DNA of 64,000 nt, taken from an uncultured Prevotellaceae bacterium. Lineage in GTDB: Bacteria > Bacteroidota > Bacteroidia > Bacteroidales > Bacteroidaceae. Below, piece by piece: positions 1 through 10,050 of this stretch. The notes under the pieces are model-generated. The model ran no database searches, was not told the DNA's origin, and saw nothing but the letters and a program-made list of their open reading frames with translations. Made by a program: the position numbers and the translations under genes. How positions within the stretch are numbered: position 1 is the stretch's first letter; every line of letters starts with the position of its first letter. The stretch covers positions 30,694 to 94,693 of the forward strand of contig ONLL01000004.1 of NCBI GenBank assembly GCA_900318685.1. The letters run 5' to 3'.

Positions 1-3000
1 TATGCGATACTGATACCAGCGCACGGTCTCGGTCTGGCCGTTGCGCAGCTTCGCGCTGTAGTCGCGATGATCCACGATGTAGGAGTCGTCGCTCTTCTGC
101 CCGTTGTTGTAGGCCTGCAGCTCGTCGTCGCTGATGGGTATGCGGTACTGATAGTAGCGCTCATACTCGTTGAGGGTGTAGTCCTGGTTGATGTCCTCGA
201 CGTCAGGTCCGGTCTTATAAGAGGAGTCGTACGACTCGGTCTGGTTGTCGGTCGAGGGTGAGTTGCCCTGCGGGTTATTGATGAGGCGGTAGCGGTCGAT
301 GATGCTGCGGCGCTCACGGTCGTAGTCAGAGCCGCGGAAGTAGTGGTAGTCGTCGCCGGCAGGGTCCTGCTGCCAGGCGCTGAGCAGCGAGTCGCTGTGC
401 ACCACGCTGGTGATCTGTCCCAGCCAGTCGGCATAGGCTCCGTAAGTGCGCTCCTCGTCGTCGGTGAGTCCGTTGAGACCCACGTCCTGGCGGTCGCGGC
501 TGCCGCTGGTGGTGGCGAAGGCATAGGTCTGGGTGGCCTGCACGGGAATCTTGCCCCACTGTGTCGACTCGAAGGCCGAAGTGCCGTCGACGGGCATTCC
601 GCTCTCATAGAACTTCTTGCCGTCGCGCAGCACATCCTCCGACACCTCGCCCAGGTTGATGTAGAGCTCACCGCTGTGTTTCGAGGCGGTGCCTTCCTGA
701 CGGGTGTAGATGAAGGGATCGAGCATCCAGAACTCGATGTACTCGATGTTCGACTCCTCGAAGTCGGTGGTGCGCAGGCGGCGCATCATGCCTCCCCACT
801 TGCCTGCGGGGTTGCGCAGTGTGCCGTCGCCGTTATAGTCCAGCGTGAGGTTGTAGGGGCCTCGCTCCTGGGGGTAGTAGCTGAGGTTGAGCACTGCCAG
901 CGTCGACGTGGCTCCGTTGTAGCTCGACTGGTCGCGGTTGGGATAGAGCTCCCTGACGTACACCTCGCGCACGTAGTGGTTCGACAGCTGCTCGAGGTCG
1001 CTCTTGATGTGAGCAGGCGTCAGGCTCGACGAGCGGCGCGTGAAGATGGGGTCGACGTTGTACCAGTTGAGCAGGGCGCGGTTGTAGCCGCTGCGCACGG
1101 TCTCCTTGTCGGCATATTCCGGGAACATCGTAGGCACGCTGCTGAGCACCCACTCCTTGGGGTCGCTGACGTCGAAGAGGTTCTTCGTGTTCTCGAAGTC
1201 GTCGATATACGAGGCATTGTCCTGCGTGCCGTGAGCCTTACCTGCTATGAGCTGTGCAAACTCGCCCGTGAGGGTGATGTGCGAGGGCTGCGTGCAGTGC
1301 AGCAGCGGCAGGCGGTCGAGCATCTTCGTCAGCCACTGCGACTCCTGCTTCCAGTTGAGGTTCAGGCCCCAGAGGGTGTTGTTGAGCGGTTCCTCGCCCA
1401 TACCCACCTTCGTAGTGAGGGCCTGCTCGCCCAGGTGCAGCAGGGTGCCGCCCAGCGAGAAGTTCTTGTTGAAGTCGTACTCCCAGTTCACGCCGAACAT
1501 CGTCTTCCGATGCAGGCCGAAGTCGGTGTTCGACTCCAGCGAGACGTTGACGTTCGTGCCGGCATCGATGATGCTCTGGTTGATGATGGTCACCTCGCCT
1601 GCCGAGTAGTCGACGGTGTAGTCCACATTCTCAGTGAGGATCACGCCGCCGGCAGTCACCACCACCGACCCCTGCGGCACATTCTGTGCCCCCAGCTCGA
1701 TGACGTTGGCACTGCGACCCTTGAACTGTCCCGTAAGGATGTACTTATCCTTCTCGGCATTCTGCTTCGCCACCGTCTTCGTCGAGTCATAGAGCTGGTC
1801 GAAGCAGTATTTGTCGGCCAGATGGTCCAGCCCCTTCTGCTTGAGGTAGTTGCGCAGGTAGTCGCCGAAGGGCTCGGCGGCAGGCAGGAAGATGCGTCCC
1901 TTGCTGACGGTGTAGCCGTTGACGAAGTCGAACTGACCGTTGGCATGCGGCTTCATGTTCGCATCCAGACGGTCGAGGCCCATCAGCTTCAGCAGCGTCG
2001 TGGCCTTCAGCGACTCCTCAGGCAGGTAGGTCAGGTAAGTTCCAGTGGTGTCGCTCTGGTACTTGATGTCCATGCGGAACTTCTCTTTCTCCACGCTGGA
2101 GGCGAGGTAGTAGACGTTCTTCATCATCAGGTTCCAGTTGCCCTGCGAGGGACTGTTCGACGTGTTCTTCAGCGACTTCACGAAGAGGCAGCGCGTGGTC
2201 TGAGTCACGTCGGTCGAGAACTCACCCACCTGGAACGTCTGGCCGCCATACGTGTACTCGAAGGCCACAGCCACCACCTGGTCGGTCTGCAGGCCCGTGT
2301 TCAGCGAGATGAATCCCAGGGCGTCGTTCACGGTGTACTCACTGCTGCTCAGCAGGCGTGCGGCGGCCAGCTTCTCATAGTCCACGCCGCCCGTCAGGCC
2401 GCTGATGGCCTCAAGCTGTGTCGACACCAGGTCGATGCCGCGCGAAGCCGAGTCAATGTTGGCCACAAGCGTCGAGTACTCGTCGTTGGCCAGATTGCTG
2501 GGCACGTTCATGCCCGTAGGGCTCCACAGCGGGTTTCTGATCACGGCATTCTCGCCCAGGTCGGTGAAGGCCACGATGTTGCGCGTGTTGCTCGTCGTGC
2601 CCGTCTTGTTCGTCACCCACACCTCCACGCGGTTGATCTTCACGCCCGTAGTGAGGTTGGGCAGCGTCGACATAGCGCGGTCGTAATTCTGGCGGAAGAA
2701 GTGCGAGAGGAAGAAGTGCTTGTTCTCCTCATAGTCGGCCACATCAATCTCGAAGGGCGTCGTCGACGTGCCACCCTTCGACGACACACTGCTCGACGTC
2801 GACTTCTTCTGCGACACCACCGTCTGCAGCTTCAGCTTGCCGAACTGCATGTCGGTGTGAATGCCGAAGAGCGATGCGGCACCGTGCACCAGCGAGTTGT
2901 TCGAGGGGAACGACACATTGCCGGCCTCCACCAGCTTGATGATCTCGTCCTCCTTACCGTCGTACTTCAGCTTCAGGTTCTTCGTGTCGAAGTCCATCGT

Positions 3001-3771
3001 CGTCTCGGTGTTGTAGTTCAGGTTCATGTTCACCTTATCACCCACCTTACCGTTGACGTTCAGGTTGATTTTCTCATCGAAGTCGAAGCTCGTCGTCTTG
3101 CGGTTGCGGATGGGCAGCGACGGGTTGTCTATGTCTTTCTTCGTGAAGCCCACCTTCAGCTCGGCCGTTCCCTGAGTCTTCACGCGCACGCCGCCCGGAC
3201 CGAAGATCTTCTCGGCAGGACCCAGGTCGAAGTGCATATCGGTGAACGAGAACTTGTCCTCGCCCTTCGTCTTCACGTTCTCGGCATCCTTCGCCCGGAA
3301 GAACTGCTGACGAGCCCTGCGCTCGCTCCACTTCATGTATTCCTCCGGAGTCATCATCACCGGGGCGTTGAGATAGCTCTCGCCCAGCTTCGAGCCGATG
3401 TAGTACACGTTCAGCGAGTCGTCGTACTCCACCTCCTGCTTCACATTCTCAGGCATACGCAGGTCGAGGGCCGACGAGTCAAGATCAGCCACCTCCACAG
3501 GCACCGTCGGCTGGATCCTCCAGCGCGTGATGCGGATGGTGTCGGGAGGAAGTTGGGGAGATGAGTTAGGAGTTAGAAGTGGGGAGTTAGAAGAGGACTG
3601 AAGGGCGAGAGACGCAGCCTGAAGGGCAAGCGGAGCGATCGCCACATCGAGGTCTGAGGACTGAAGGTCGAGAGGCGCAGCCTGAGGCCGGACAGCAGAC
3701 ACAGTAGGAAAGGCCCAGACAGATACTGCCAGCCCAATCACCACCATCACGTATGCCAAATGCCTATTCAT
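1..3771 (-). CDS. sprA: T9SS outer-membrane translocon SprA (5' ~1257 codons; continues off the left edge)
   Basis: Not in the ORF track because it has no stop in the window. Manual translation from ATG at 3771 gives a signal peptide (MNRHLAYVMVVIGLAVSVWA) then LDLRMPENVKQEVEYD...APVMMTPEEY. The same frame reads ETVRWYQYRI at the window edge. Typical ruvA-sprA synteny. Confidence 0.9.
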   Translation of the reverse strand, partial: MNRHLAYVMVVIGLAVSVWAFPTVSAVRPQAAPLDLQSSDLDVAIAPLALQAASLALQSSSNSPLLTPNSSPQLPPDTIRITRWRIQPTVPVEVADLDSSALDLRMPENVKQEVEYDDSLNVYYIGSKLGESYLNAPVMMTPEEYMKWSERRARQQFFRAKDAENVKTKGEDKFSFTDMHFDLGPAEKIFGPGGVRVKTQGTAELKVGFTKKDIDNPSLPIRNRKTTSFDFDEKINLNVNGKVGDKVNMNLNYNTETTMDFDTKNLKLKYDGKEDEIIKLVEAGNVSFPSNNSLVHGAASLFGIHTDMQFGKLKLQTVVSQKKSTSSSVSSKGGTSTTPFEIDVADYEENKHFFLSHFFRQNYDRAMSTLPNLTTGVKINRVEVWVTNKTGTTSNTRNIVAFTDLGENAVIRNPLWSPTGMNVPSNLANDEYSTLVANIDSASRGIDLVSTQLEAISGLTGGVDYEKLAAARLLSSSEYTVNDALGFISLNTGLQTDQVVAVAFEYTYGGQTFQVGEFSTDVTQTTRCLFVKSLKNTSNSPSQGNWNLMMKNVYYLASSVEKEKFRMDIKYQSDTTGTYLTYLPEESLKATTLLKLMGLDRLDANMKPHANGQFDFVNGYTVSKGRIFLPAAEPFGDYLRNYLKQKGLDHLADKYCFDQLYDSTKTVAKQNAEKDKYILTGQFKGRSANVIELGAQNVPQGSVVVTAGGVILTENVDYTVDYSAGEVTIINQSIIDAGTNVNVSLESNTDFGLHRKTMFGVNWEYDFNKNFSLGGTLLHLGEQALTTKVGMGEEPLNNTLWGLNLNWKQESQWLTKMLDRLPLLHCTQPSHITLTGEFAQLIAGKAHGTQDNASYIDDFENTKNLFDVSDPKEWVLSSVPTMFPEYADKETVRSGYNRALLNWYNVDPIFTRRSSSLTPAHIKSDLEQLSNHYVREVYVRELYPNRDQSSYNGATSTLAVLNLSYYPQERGPYNLTLDYNGDGTLRNPAGKWGGMMRRLRTTDFEESNIEYIEFWMLDPFIYTRQEGTASKHSGELYINLGEVSEDVLRDGKKFYESGMPVDGTSAFESTQWGKIPVQATQTYAFATTSGSRDRQDVGLNGLTDDEERTYGAYADWLGQITSVVHSDSLLSAWQQDPAGDDYHYFRGSDYDRERRSIIDRYRLINNPQGNSPSTDNQTESYDSSYKTGPDVEDINQDYTLNEYERYYQYRIPISDDELQAYNNGQKSDDSYIVDHRDYSAKLRNGQTETVRWYQYRI

Positions 3772-3817
3772 AAATCTCAATTCTCAAATCTCAAACCTCA
3801 AATCTCAATTCTCAAAC
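3772..3817. repeat. Intergenic heptamer tandem repeat (AAWYCTC x~6)
   Basis: aaatctc aattctc aaatctc aaacctc aaatctc aattctc fills the ruvA-sprA gap. Confidence 0.9.
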
Positions 3818-4420
3818 CTACTTAATTCTCTTCAGTGCCAGCTTCACCACCTGTTCCACGGGCAGCTGCGGCTGTTCCTGGAGGATAGCCACCACCACCT
3901 TCTGTGTGGGAGCCGGCGAGAAGCCCAACATCGTCAGGGCGGCCACAGCCTCATCGCGCACAGCATTATTAACGGGAGCCGCTATCGTGCCGCCGGCAGG
4001 AATCTCGTCGGCGATGCCCAGCGCCACGATCTTGTCGCGCAGGTCCACGATGATGCGCTGCGCTGTCATCTTACCGATGCCCTTGATGCTCTGTATCAGA
4101 CGGGCATTACCCGTAGAGATGGCATTGCACAGCTCCGATACACTCATCGACGAGAGCATCATGCGCGCCGTGTTCGGGCCCACGCCACTCACGGTGATGA
4201 GCAGCTCGAACATCTCACGCTCGCGCTTCGACCCGAATCCATAGAGCACGTAGGCATCTTCGCGGATCGACTCGTAGACATACAGCTTCACCTCTTTTTT
4301 TCCCTGCACGTGTGTGTACGTGTTCAGCGAGATATTCAGTCCGTAGCCCACGCCCCCTGCCTCGACCGTTGCCAAAGCAGGAGTAAGCTCCGTCAGCTCG
4401 CCCCTGATATATTCTATCAT
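3818..4420 (-). CDS. ruvA: Holliday junction branch migration protein RuvA
   Basis: [28 protein letters not shown] and [12 protein letters not shown] HhH motifs, C-terminal [11 protein letters not shown]. Confidence 0.97.
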   Translation of the reverse strand: MIEYIRGELTELTPALATVEAGGVGYGLNISLNTYTHVQGKKEVKLYVYESIREDAYVLYGFGSKREREMFELLITVSGVGPNTARMMLSSMSVSELCNAISTGNARLIQSIKGIGKMTAQRIIVDLRDKIVALGIADEIPAGGTIAAPVNNAVRDEAVAALTMLGFSPAPTQKVVVAILQEQPQLPVEQVVKLALKRIK

Positions 4421-4869
4421 TGCTTCTTCAGTTTGTATATATACATCATCATAAACGCACCGCCCCCGCTTTTATTGCCTTGCAGACCATAAAAGTTCAT
4501 TTCAAACGAAGCGACCATAGGGTGAACAAGGGGTAAAAAGTAGCAAATACCTGTATTATAAGACAAATTTAAGTCTTTTTCGGAGAAAAAACGATAAATT
4601 CTTTCTGCTTTTGAAAACTATTTCGTAAATTTGCAGCTGCAATGTGCGAATTCGTGACAAGGGATAGCTCAGGCAGCCCTGTTACACTTCATAGCAATTA
4701 CTTTGATGTATAACTCTTAAAACCAGAAATGCCTATGGGCTGAGATAGATAAAAGGACATGCTATTTAGGTTATCCCTAATGCATCGAACAACGTAGATG
4801 AAGTAAATTGTCCGCGTTTTGTGTTCAACGAAAATGATAAATATTGTTAATCACTAAATAACACTTATT

Positions 4870-7800
4870 ATGAAAAGAATTACATTCAAACGAATGCTAG
4901 CGACATTGGTAGTCGCCAGTCCACAATTGCTATGGGGAGCGGATTTGGACATTGCGACCACTTTCCCAGACCCTAGCGTGCAAGCCGTACTGCTAACATC
5001 AAGCTACGACTCAAACGAAAACGGCATCCTCGAAGAGAGCGAGCAAACCTTCACCTATCTCCCTTTGTCTAATTTGGGAGTAAAAGACCTGACAGGCGTT
5101 GAGCTGCTCACACAGCTGACCTATTTGGATGTCTCATATAATGCTGAGCTGACCCAAATCAATGTAAAAGCGTTAGTCAATCTAGAGTCTTTGTCTGTGA
5201 ATAATACGGGCCTGACATTCCTCGACATCAGCGGACTGACGAAGCTCACCACTTTATCTGCCGACGGCTGCACCAGCCTCACGACCATCAAAGCCGACGG
5301 ATGTTCATCGCTATCTAGCATTTACAGTTGGGGTGAATATGGTTACCCGAGCCTGACGTCCATCAGCCTCAAGGGCACAGCCTTTACCAACTTCGAAGTC
5401 AATAACAACACGAAGATTGAGAGCGTAGACCTCTCTAACTGCACCAGTAGTCTTGCTACGCTGACGATAGCCGACCTGCCGAAGCTGACGAGCTTAAGTA
5501 TCGACAACAACCCCGTCCTGAATAACCCCACCCTGACCGGGCTGACTGCTCTGACCTCTTTGGATGCTAGTAATGATCCTGGATTGACGACCATTGACGT
5601 GAGCGAAATGCGGGATCTGGAGACTTTTCAGGTGTGCAATACAGGGTTGACAACCCTCGACATCAGCGGACTGACGAAGCTCACCACTTTATCTGCCGAC
5701 GGCTGCACCAGTCTCACGACCATCAAAGCCGACGGATGTTCATCGCTAAATTACATTTCCAGTTGGGGTGAATATAGCTACCCAAGCCTGACGTCCATCA
5801 GCCTCAAGGGCACAGCCTTTACCAACTTCGAAGTCAATAACAACACGAAGATTGAGAGCGTAGACCTCTCTAACTGCACCAGTAAATACGACGGCTGCAC
5901 GGCAATGACGAGACTGTCGCTGTACTATTGTCCGCTGATAACGGCGGTCGATATTTCTATGCTGACTGACTTGGAGTCGCTGACGTTCAGCAATCTTTCC
6001 TCCTTGGAAAGCGTCAACTTTGGAGACGGCACGTCGCTGGAGTCTGTGAACATATCCTACAACCCAGAATTAGAGTCACTGACAGCGAAGAGTCCCACAC
6101 TGACATATCTTGACTGCAGCAACAACAGCCTGAAGACACTTGATGTCACAAACTGTCCGCTGTTGGAAAATATATACTGCAACAATAACCAGCTGAAGTC
6201 GCTTGACCTGTCGCATAATACACACCTCACCAGTTCTTCTACCGATCAGTATGAAACTAAAGTGGAACTGGTGAAGATATCTGCAACGCAGGTAGGCTTT
6301 GTGGCTAACGACAACTTCGATGCAAACAATGTTGTAAGTTTCTACATCGATTATGAGGAGCAGAACCCGACTTTCTTCACACTCGACGGCGTGCAGTACT
6401 TCGTCGTCTACAACAATGCTGCCGATGTGGAGGATTACATGGAAGACAAGCAACTCAGATACGGCTATAGCACCGGCCTGGAGGGCCATACGCTGAACAA
6501 TACCCTCAGCATCACCGGCTACACCAAAGCCCCGTCGTTCCTGAAAGTTGCTCCTGAGAGCGTGACGGGTGTCTATGGTGCATCCCTCGACGAGCCGACC
6601 TTGACCCGTTCGCAGGACTACAATGGCGTGGTGACCTATACATCGGCCGACGAGCAAGTGGTGAAGGCAGCTACTGATGGCAAACTCACCGTCATCGGTG
6701 CTGGCCAGACAACCGTCACCCTGAGCGGTGCGGAGACAGACTATCGCCTGGCTCCTGCCAATGTCACCTACGCCGTAACGATTGAGAAGGCTTCGCCAGT
6801 ATTCTCGTTTGCCAATGCTGAACAGGAGATGATCATCCTCGACGCTGTACCTGCGAATGTCCTCGACAAGGGTGTCTACGACGGCACGGTCATCTATACA
6901 TCGAGCGACGAGAAGGTGGCGAAGATTGACGCTGACGGCAAGGTGACTATCGTCGCTGCCGGTGAAGTGACATTCACCGCCTCAGGTGCAGCTACGAACA
7001 ACTGCAACGAGCCTACAGCCGCCTCCTATAAACTGACCATCAAGAAGCGCACCGCCACATTCACCCTTTCGGCTGCAAGCGCCAGCGGAGTTTATGGCGG
7101 TCAGATAGAGGCTCCCGAGCTGACAATTGGCGACTACGACGGCAAGCCCGTCTACGCCACAAGCAACGACGAGGTGGTTAAGGTGGCTGCCGACGGCAAG
7201 CTGACTATCGTCGGTGCCGGCGAGGCTGTCATCACCATCAGCGCTCCTGAGACGGCCAACTACTACGCACCCGCCAGCATCACCTACACCGTGACGATAG
7301 AGAAGGCATCGCCAGTGTTCACTTTTGCCGAAGCTGCACAGGAGATAATCATCCAGGACGATGTGCCTGCCAACGCCTTCGACAAGGGTGTCTACGACGG
7401 CACAGTCGTCTTCACGTCAAGCAACGAGACTGTAGCCACGATTGATAATGAGGGTAAGGTGACCGTCCTTGCTGCCGGTGAGGTGACATTCACTGCCTCC
7501 GGCGCTGCTACGAACAACTGCAATGAGCCTACTGCTGCCTCTTATACGCTGACCATCAAGAAGCACACCGCCACACTGGCCCTTTCTGCTACAAGTGTTA
7601 GCGGAGTCTACGGTGGCCAGATAGAGGCTCCTGAACTGACAATTGGCGACTACGACGGCAAGCCTGTCTACGCCACGAGCAACGACGAGGTGGTTAAGGT
7701 GGCTGCCGACGGCAAGCTGACTATTGTCGGTGCCGGCGAGGCTGTCATCACCATCAGCGCTCCTGAGACGGCCAACTACTACGCACCCGACAACGTCACC

Positions 7801-8517
7801 TACACCGTGACGATTGAGAAGGCATCGCCAGTGTTCACTTTTGCCGATGCTGCACAGGAGATTATCATCCAAGACGATGTGCCTGCCAACGCCTTCGACA
7901 AGGGTGTCTACGACGGCACAGTCGTCTTCACGTCGAGCAACGAGACAGTAGCCACGATTGATAATGAGGGTAAGGTGACCGTCCTTGCTGCCGGTGAGGT
8001 GACATTCACTGCCTCCGGTGCTGCAACCAACAACTGCAACGAGCCTACTGCAGCCTCCTATACACTGACCGTGAAGAAGTATGCTGCCACACTGGCTCTC
8101 TCGGCTGAAAGCGTTAGCGGAGTCTTCGGTGACGAGTTGGTTGCTCCTGTCCTGACGGTTGGCGACTACGACGGTCAGCCCACCTACGCTACTAGCAACG
8201 AAGAAGTGGCTACGGTGGATGCCAACGGCAAGCTGACTATCGTCGGCCCCGGCGAGGCAACGATCACCATCAGTGCTTCTGAGACGGCCAACTACTCGTC
8301 CGCCAGCATCACTTATCAAGTGATTGTTACACCCAAGACCGGCGATGCCAACGTCGACGGCAAGGTGGACTTTGCCGACGTGACTGCTATCGTCAAACAC
8401 ATCCTTGGCAATACACCTAGCAAGTTCAATGCCCAAGCCGCCAACGTGAATGGCGACAAGGAGGTAAGCATTGCCGATGTGACAAGCCTCATCGAAACCC
8501 TCCTACACGGACAGTAA
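4870..8517 (+). CDS. Secreted leucine-rich-repeat protein with tandem Ig-like (Big_2-type) repeats and C-terminal dockerin-like domain
   Basis: Signal peptide; LxxLxxLxxSxN LRRs; repeated YTSSDEKVAxxDxDGKVTIVxAG Ig-like units; GDANVDGKVDFADVT...ANVNGDKEVSIADVT dockerin-like pair. Confidence 0.85.
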   Translation: MKRITFKRMLATLVVASPQLLWGADLDIATTFPDPSVQAVLLTSSYDSNENGILEESEQTFTYLPLSNLGVKDLTGVELLTQLTYLDVSYNAELTQINVKALVNLESLSVNNTGLTFLDISGLTKLTTLSADGCTSLTTIKADGCSSLSSIYSWGEYGYPSLTSISLKGTAFTNFEVNNNTKIESVDLSNCTSSLATLTIADLPKLTSLSIDNNPVLNNPTLTGLTALTSLDASNDPGLTTIDVSEMRDLETFQVCNTGLTTLDISGLTKLTTLSADGCTSLTTIKADGCSSLNYISSWGEYSYPSLTSISLKGTAFTNFEVNNNTKIESVDLSNCTSKYDGCTAMTRLSLYYCPLITAVDISMLTDLESLTFSNLSSLESVNFGDGTSLESVNISYNPELESLTAKSPTLTYLDCSNNSLKTLDVTNCPLLENIYCNNNQLKSLDLSHNTHLTSSSTDQYETKVELVKISATQVGFVANDNFDANNVVSFYIDYEEQNPTFFTLDGVQYFVVYNNAADVEDYMEDKQLRYGYSTGLEGHTLNNTLSITGYTKAPSFLKVAPESVTGVYGASLDEPTLTRSQDYNGVVTYTSADEQVVKAATDGKLTVIGAGQTTVTLSGAETDYRLAPANVTYAVTIEKASPVFSFANAEQEMIILDAVPANVLDKGVYDGTVIYTSSDEKVAKIDADGKVTIVAAGEVTFTASGAATNNCNEPTAASYKLTIKKRTATFTLSAASASGVYGGQIEAPELTIGDYDGKPVYATSNDEVVKVAADGKLTIVGAGEAVITISAPETANYYAPASITYTVTIEKASPVFTFAEAAQEIIIQDDVPANAFDKGVYDGTVVFTSSNETVATIDNEGKVTVLAAGEVTFTASGAATNNCNEPTAASYTLTIKKHTATLALSATSVSGVYGGQIEAPELTIGDYDGKPVYATSNDEVVKVAADGKLTIVGAGEAVITISAPETANYYAPDNVTYTVTIEKASPVFTFADAAQEIIIQDDVPANAFDKGVYDGTVVFTSSNETVATIDNEGKVTVLAAGEVTFTASGAATNNCNEPTAASYTLTVKKYAATLALSAESVSGVFGDELVAPVLTVGDYDGQPTYATSNEEVATVDANGKLTIVGPGEATITISASETANYSSASITYQVIVTPKTGDANVDGKVDFADVTAIVKHILGNTPSKFNAQAANVNGDKEVSIADVTSLIETLLHGQ

Positions 8518-8564
8518 GACAAGTTGCCTTCCTTGCACACTACCCGGTTTTGTGCAAGGGTCAG

Positions 8565-8602
8565 AAAATCCTCCCCATTCTCCGGAATTGGGAGGATTTT
8601 TA
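8565..8602 (+). terminator. Intrinsic terminator after the LRR gene
   Basis: aaaatcctccc...gggaggatttt stem followed by T's. Confidence 0.7.
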
Positions 8603-8712
8603 TGCGTTAAACCTTAAACGAATAATCATTCTTAGCCGATTGCCAGCGGCTGTAATAAATGATGTGTAATTTTGCAGCCATGAGAGAAGAAGGTCTAAAG
8701 CTCATCTTACTA

Positions 8713-9085
8713 TTTTTAAAACCTAATATCACCAATATCACACTGCATCTAACCAGATGATTTCCAGCAATATGCATGGTGACATTATTGGTGATATTGT
8801 GATATTAGATAGGCCCAAAATGGCATTTCCCGCCCTTTTTTTGCTATCGTTTTGCAACGAGGTACTCCGTGCCGTAACGGCTGCGACGACGACTGAGGTA
8901 GACAAGGAGCACATCGTAGAGGGCTGTAACTATAGATTCGCTAAAAAAAACTCCAAAGATTCAACTAATTTATGTTAAAAAATCAATTCTAATATCACAA
9001 TATCACCATTAATATCACACCTTAACAAATTACAAATCAAAACTATAGACTATTGGTGATATTTGTGATATTAGTTTTTGAAAAA
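8713..9085. mobile_element. Non-coding ~370-bp element with nested inverted AATATCAC arrays (MITE-like)
   Basis: Perfect 21-bp IR 8789-8809 / 8988-9008; outer IR core ctaatatcac(c/a)aatatcac at ~8723-8741 / ~9056-9074. Confidence 0.5.
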
Positions 9086-9362
9086 TCAATAGATGTATAT
9101 CGTCAATCGAATACAGTACTTTAGAGGTGCCCCTACAGCCTCCTTGTATAGTCAGGAAGCTGTCCTTGCTATACAAGGAGGCTGCCGAGCCACTTCAAGA
9201 AGGCCCTCTCGGCTCCCGTCAAGTCGACCATTCCCTAAAGAAAAACAATATGTTTACCTTTCAAAAGTAGTATGATTAGCACACGAAAGTATAATACTTA
9301 CATAGGCAAAGCAATATGTTTTTCTTCATCAACTCATATACTTTCTGACTACAATGGGAGCC

Positions 9363-9438
9363 GACAACAAGACAACAAGACACGAAACTGGTCGTCTCGA
9401 TGTCTTGTTGTCTTTGATGTCTTGTTGTCTTGATGTCA
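9363..9438. repeat. Facing inverted octamer arrays (GACAACAA / TTGTTGTC)
   Basis: gacaacaa gacaacaa gacacga ... gatgtc ttgttgtc tttgatgtc ttgttgtc ttgatgtc just past the deacetylase stop. Confidence 0.8.
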
Positions 9439-10047
9439 TCAGAACACCTTGAAGGCGTAACCCTGCTCTGTGAGCCACTGGAGGCTCCGGGGCAGAGCGG
9501 TGTGAAGCTTGTCGATGGCTTTCAGGGAATCGTGGAAGGTGATGATGGAGCCGTTGCGGACGTAGCGCTTGACGTTGTTGACAATGTCGTCGGGCGTCAT
9601 CCACTTGGAGTAGTCGCGGGTGACGACGTCCCACATCACGACCTTGTAGCGGCGCGAGAGCCAGGCATACTGGGACAGGCGCATCCATCCGTGAGGAGGA
9701 CGGAAGAAATGGCTGCGGATGTAGGCGTTGGCTTTCTCGACATTGAACATATAGTCGCGCACGGTGTGGCGGAAGCCGCTGATGTGGTTGTGGGTGTGAT
9801 TGCCCACGAGGTGGCCCTCGTCGATGATCTGCTGGAAGAGATCGGGATACTTGCGCACGTTGTCGCCTACGACGAAGAAGGTGGCACGCACGCCGAAGCG
9901 ACGGAGGATGTCGAGAATGAACGGTGTGGACTCGGGGATGGGACCGTCGTCGAACGTCAGGTAGACTGCGCGCTCACGACGGTCCATTCTCCAGAGGGCT
10001 TTCGGGTAGAGCCAGCGGAGGTAGACGGCTGGTTGCTCGATAATCAT
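9439..10047 (-). CDS. Polysaccharide deacetylase (CE4/NodB family)
   Basis: YLTFDDGP, ATFFVVG, GNHTHNH, FRPPHG, IITFHD motifs. Confidence 0.93.
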   Translation of the reverse strand: MIIEQPAVYLRWLYPKALWRMDRRERAVYLTFDDGPIPESTPFILDILRRFGVRATFFVVGDNVRKYPDLFQQIIDEGHLVGNHTHNHISGFRHTVRDYMFNVEKANAYIRSHFFRPPHGWMRLSQYAWLSRRYKVVMWDVVTRDYSKWMTPDDIVNNVKRYVRNGSIITFHDSLKAIDKLHTALPRSLQWLTEQGYAFKVF

Positions 10048-10050
10048 GTG

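Noticed and set aside
343-3564. 1073-aa + strand ORF
   Set aside because: Antisense shadow of sprA caused by strong GC3 codon bias; V/L/H/R-rich with no recognisable motifs.
4627-4869. Riboswitch in the ~240-nt leader of the LRR gene
   Set aside because: Only one modest hairpin seen and no recognisable aptamer consensus; cannot be supported without an Rfam search.
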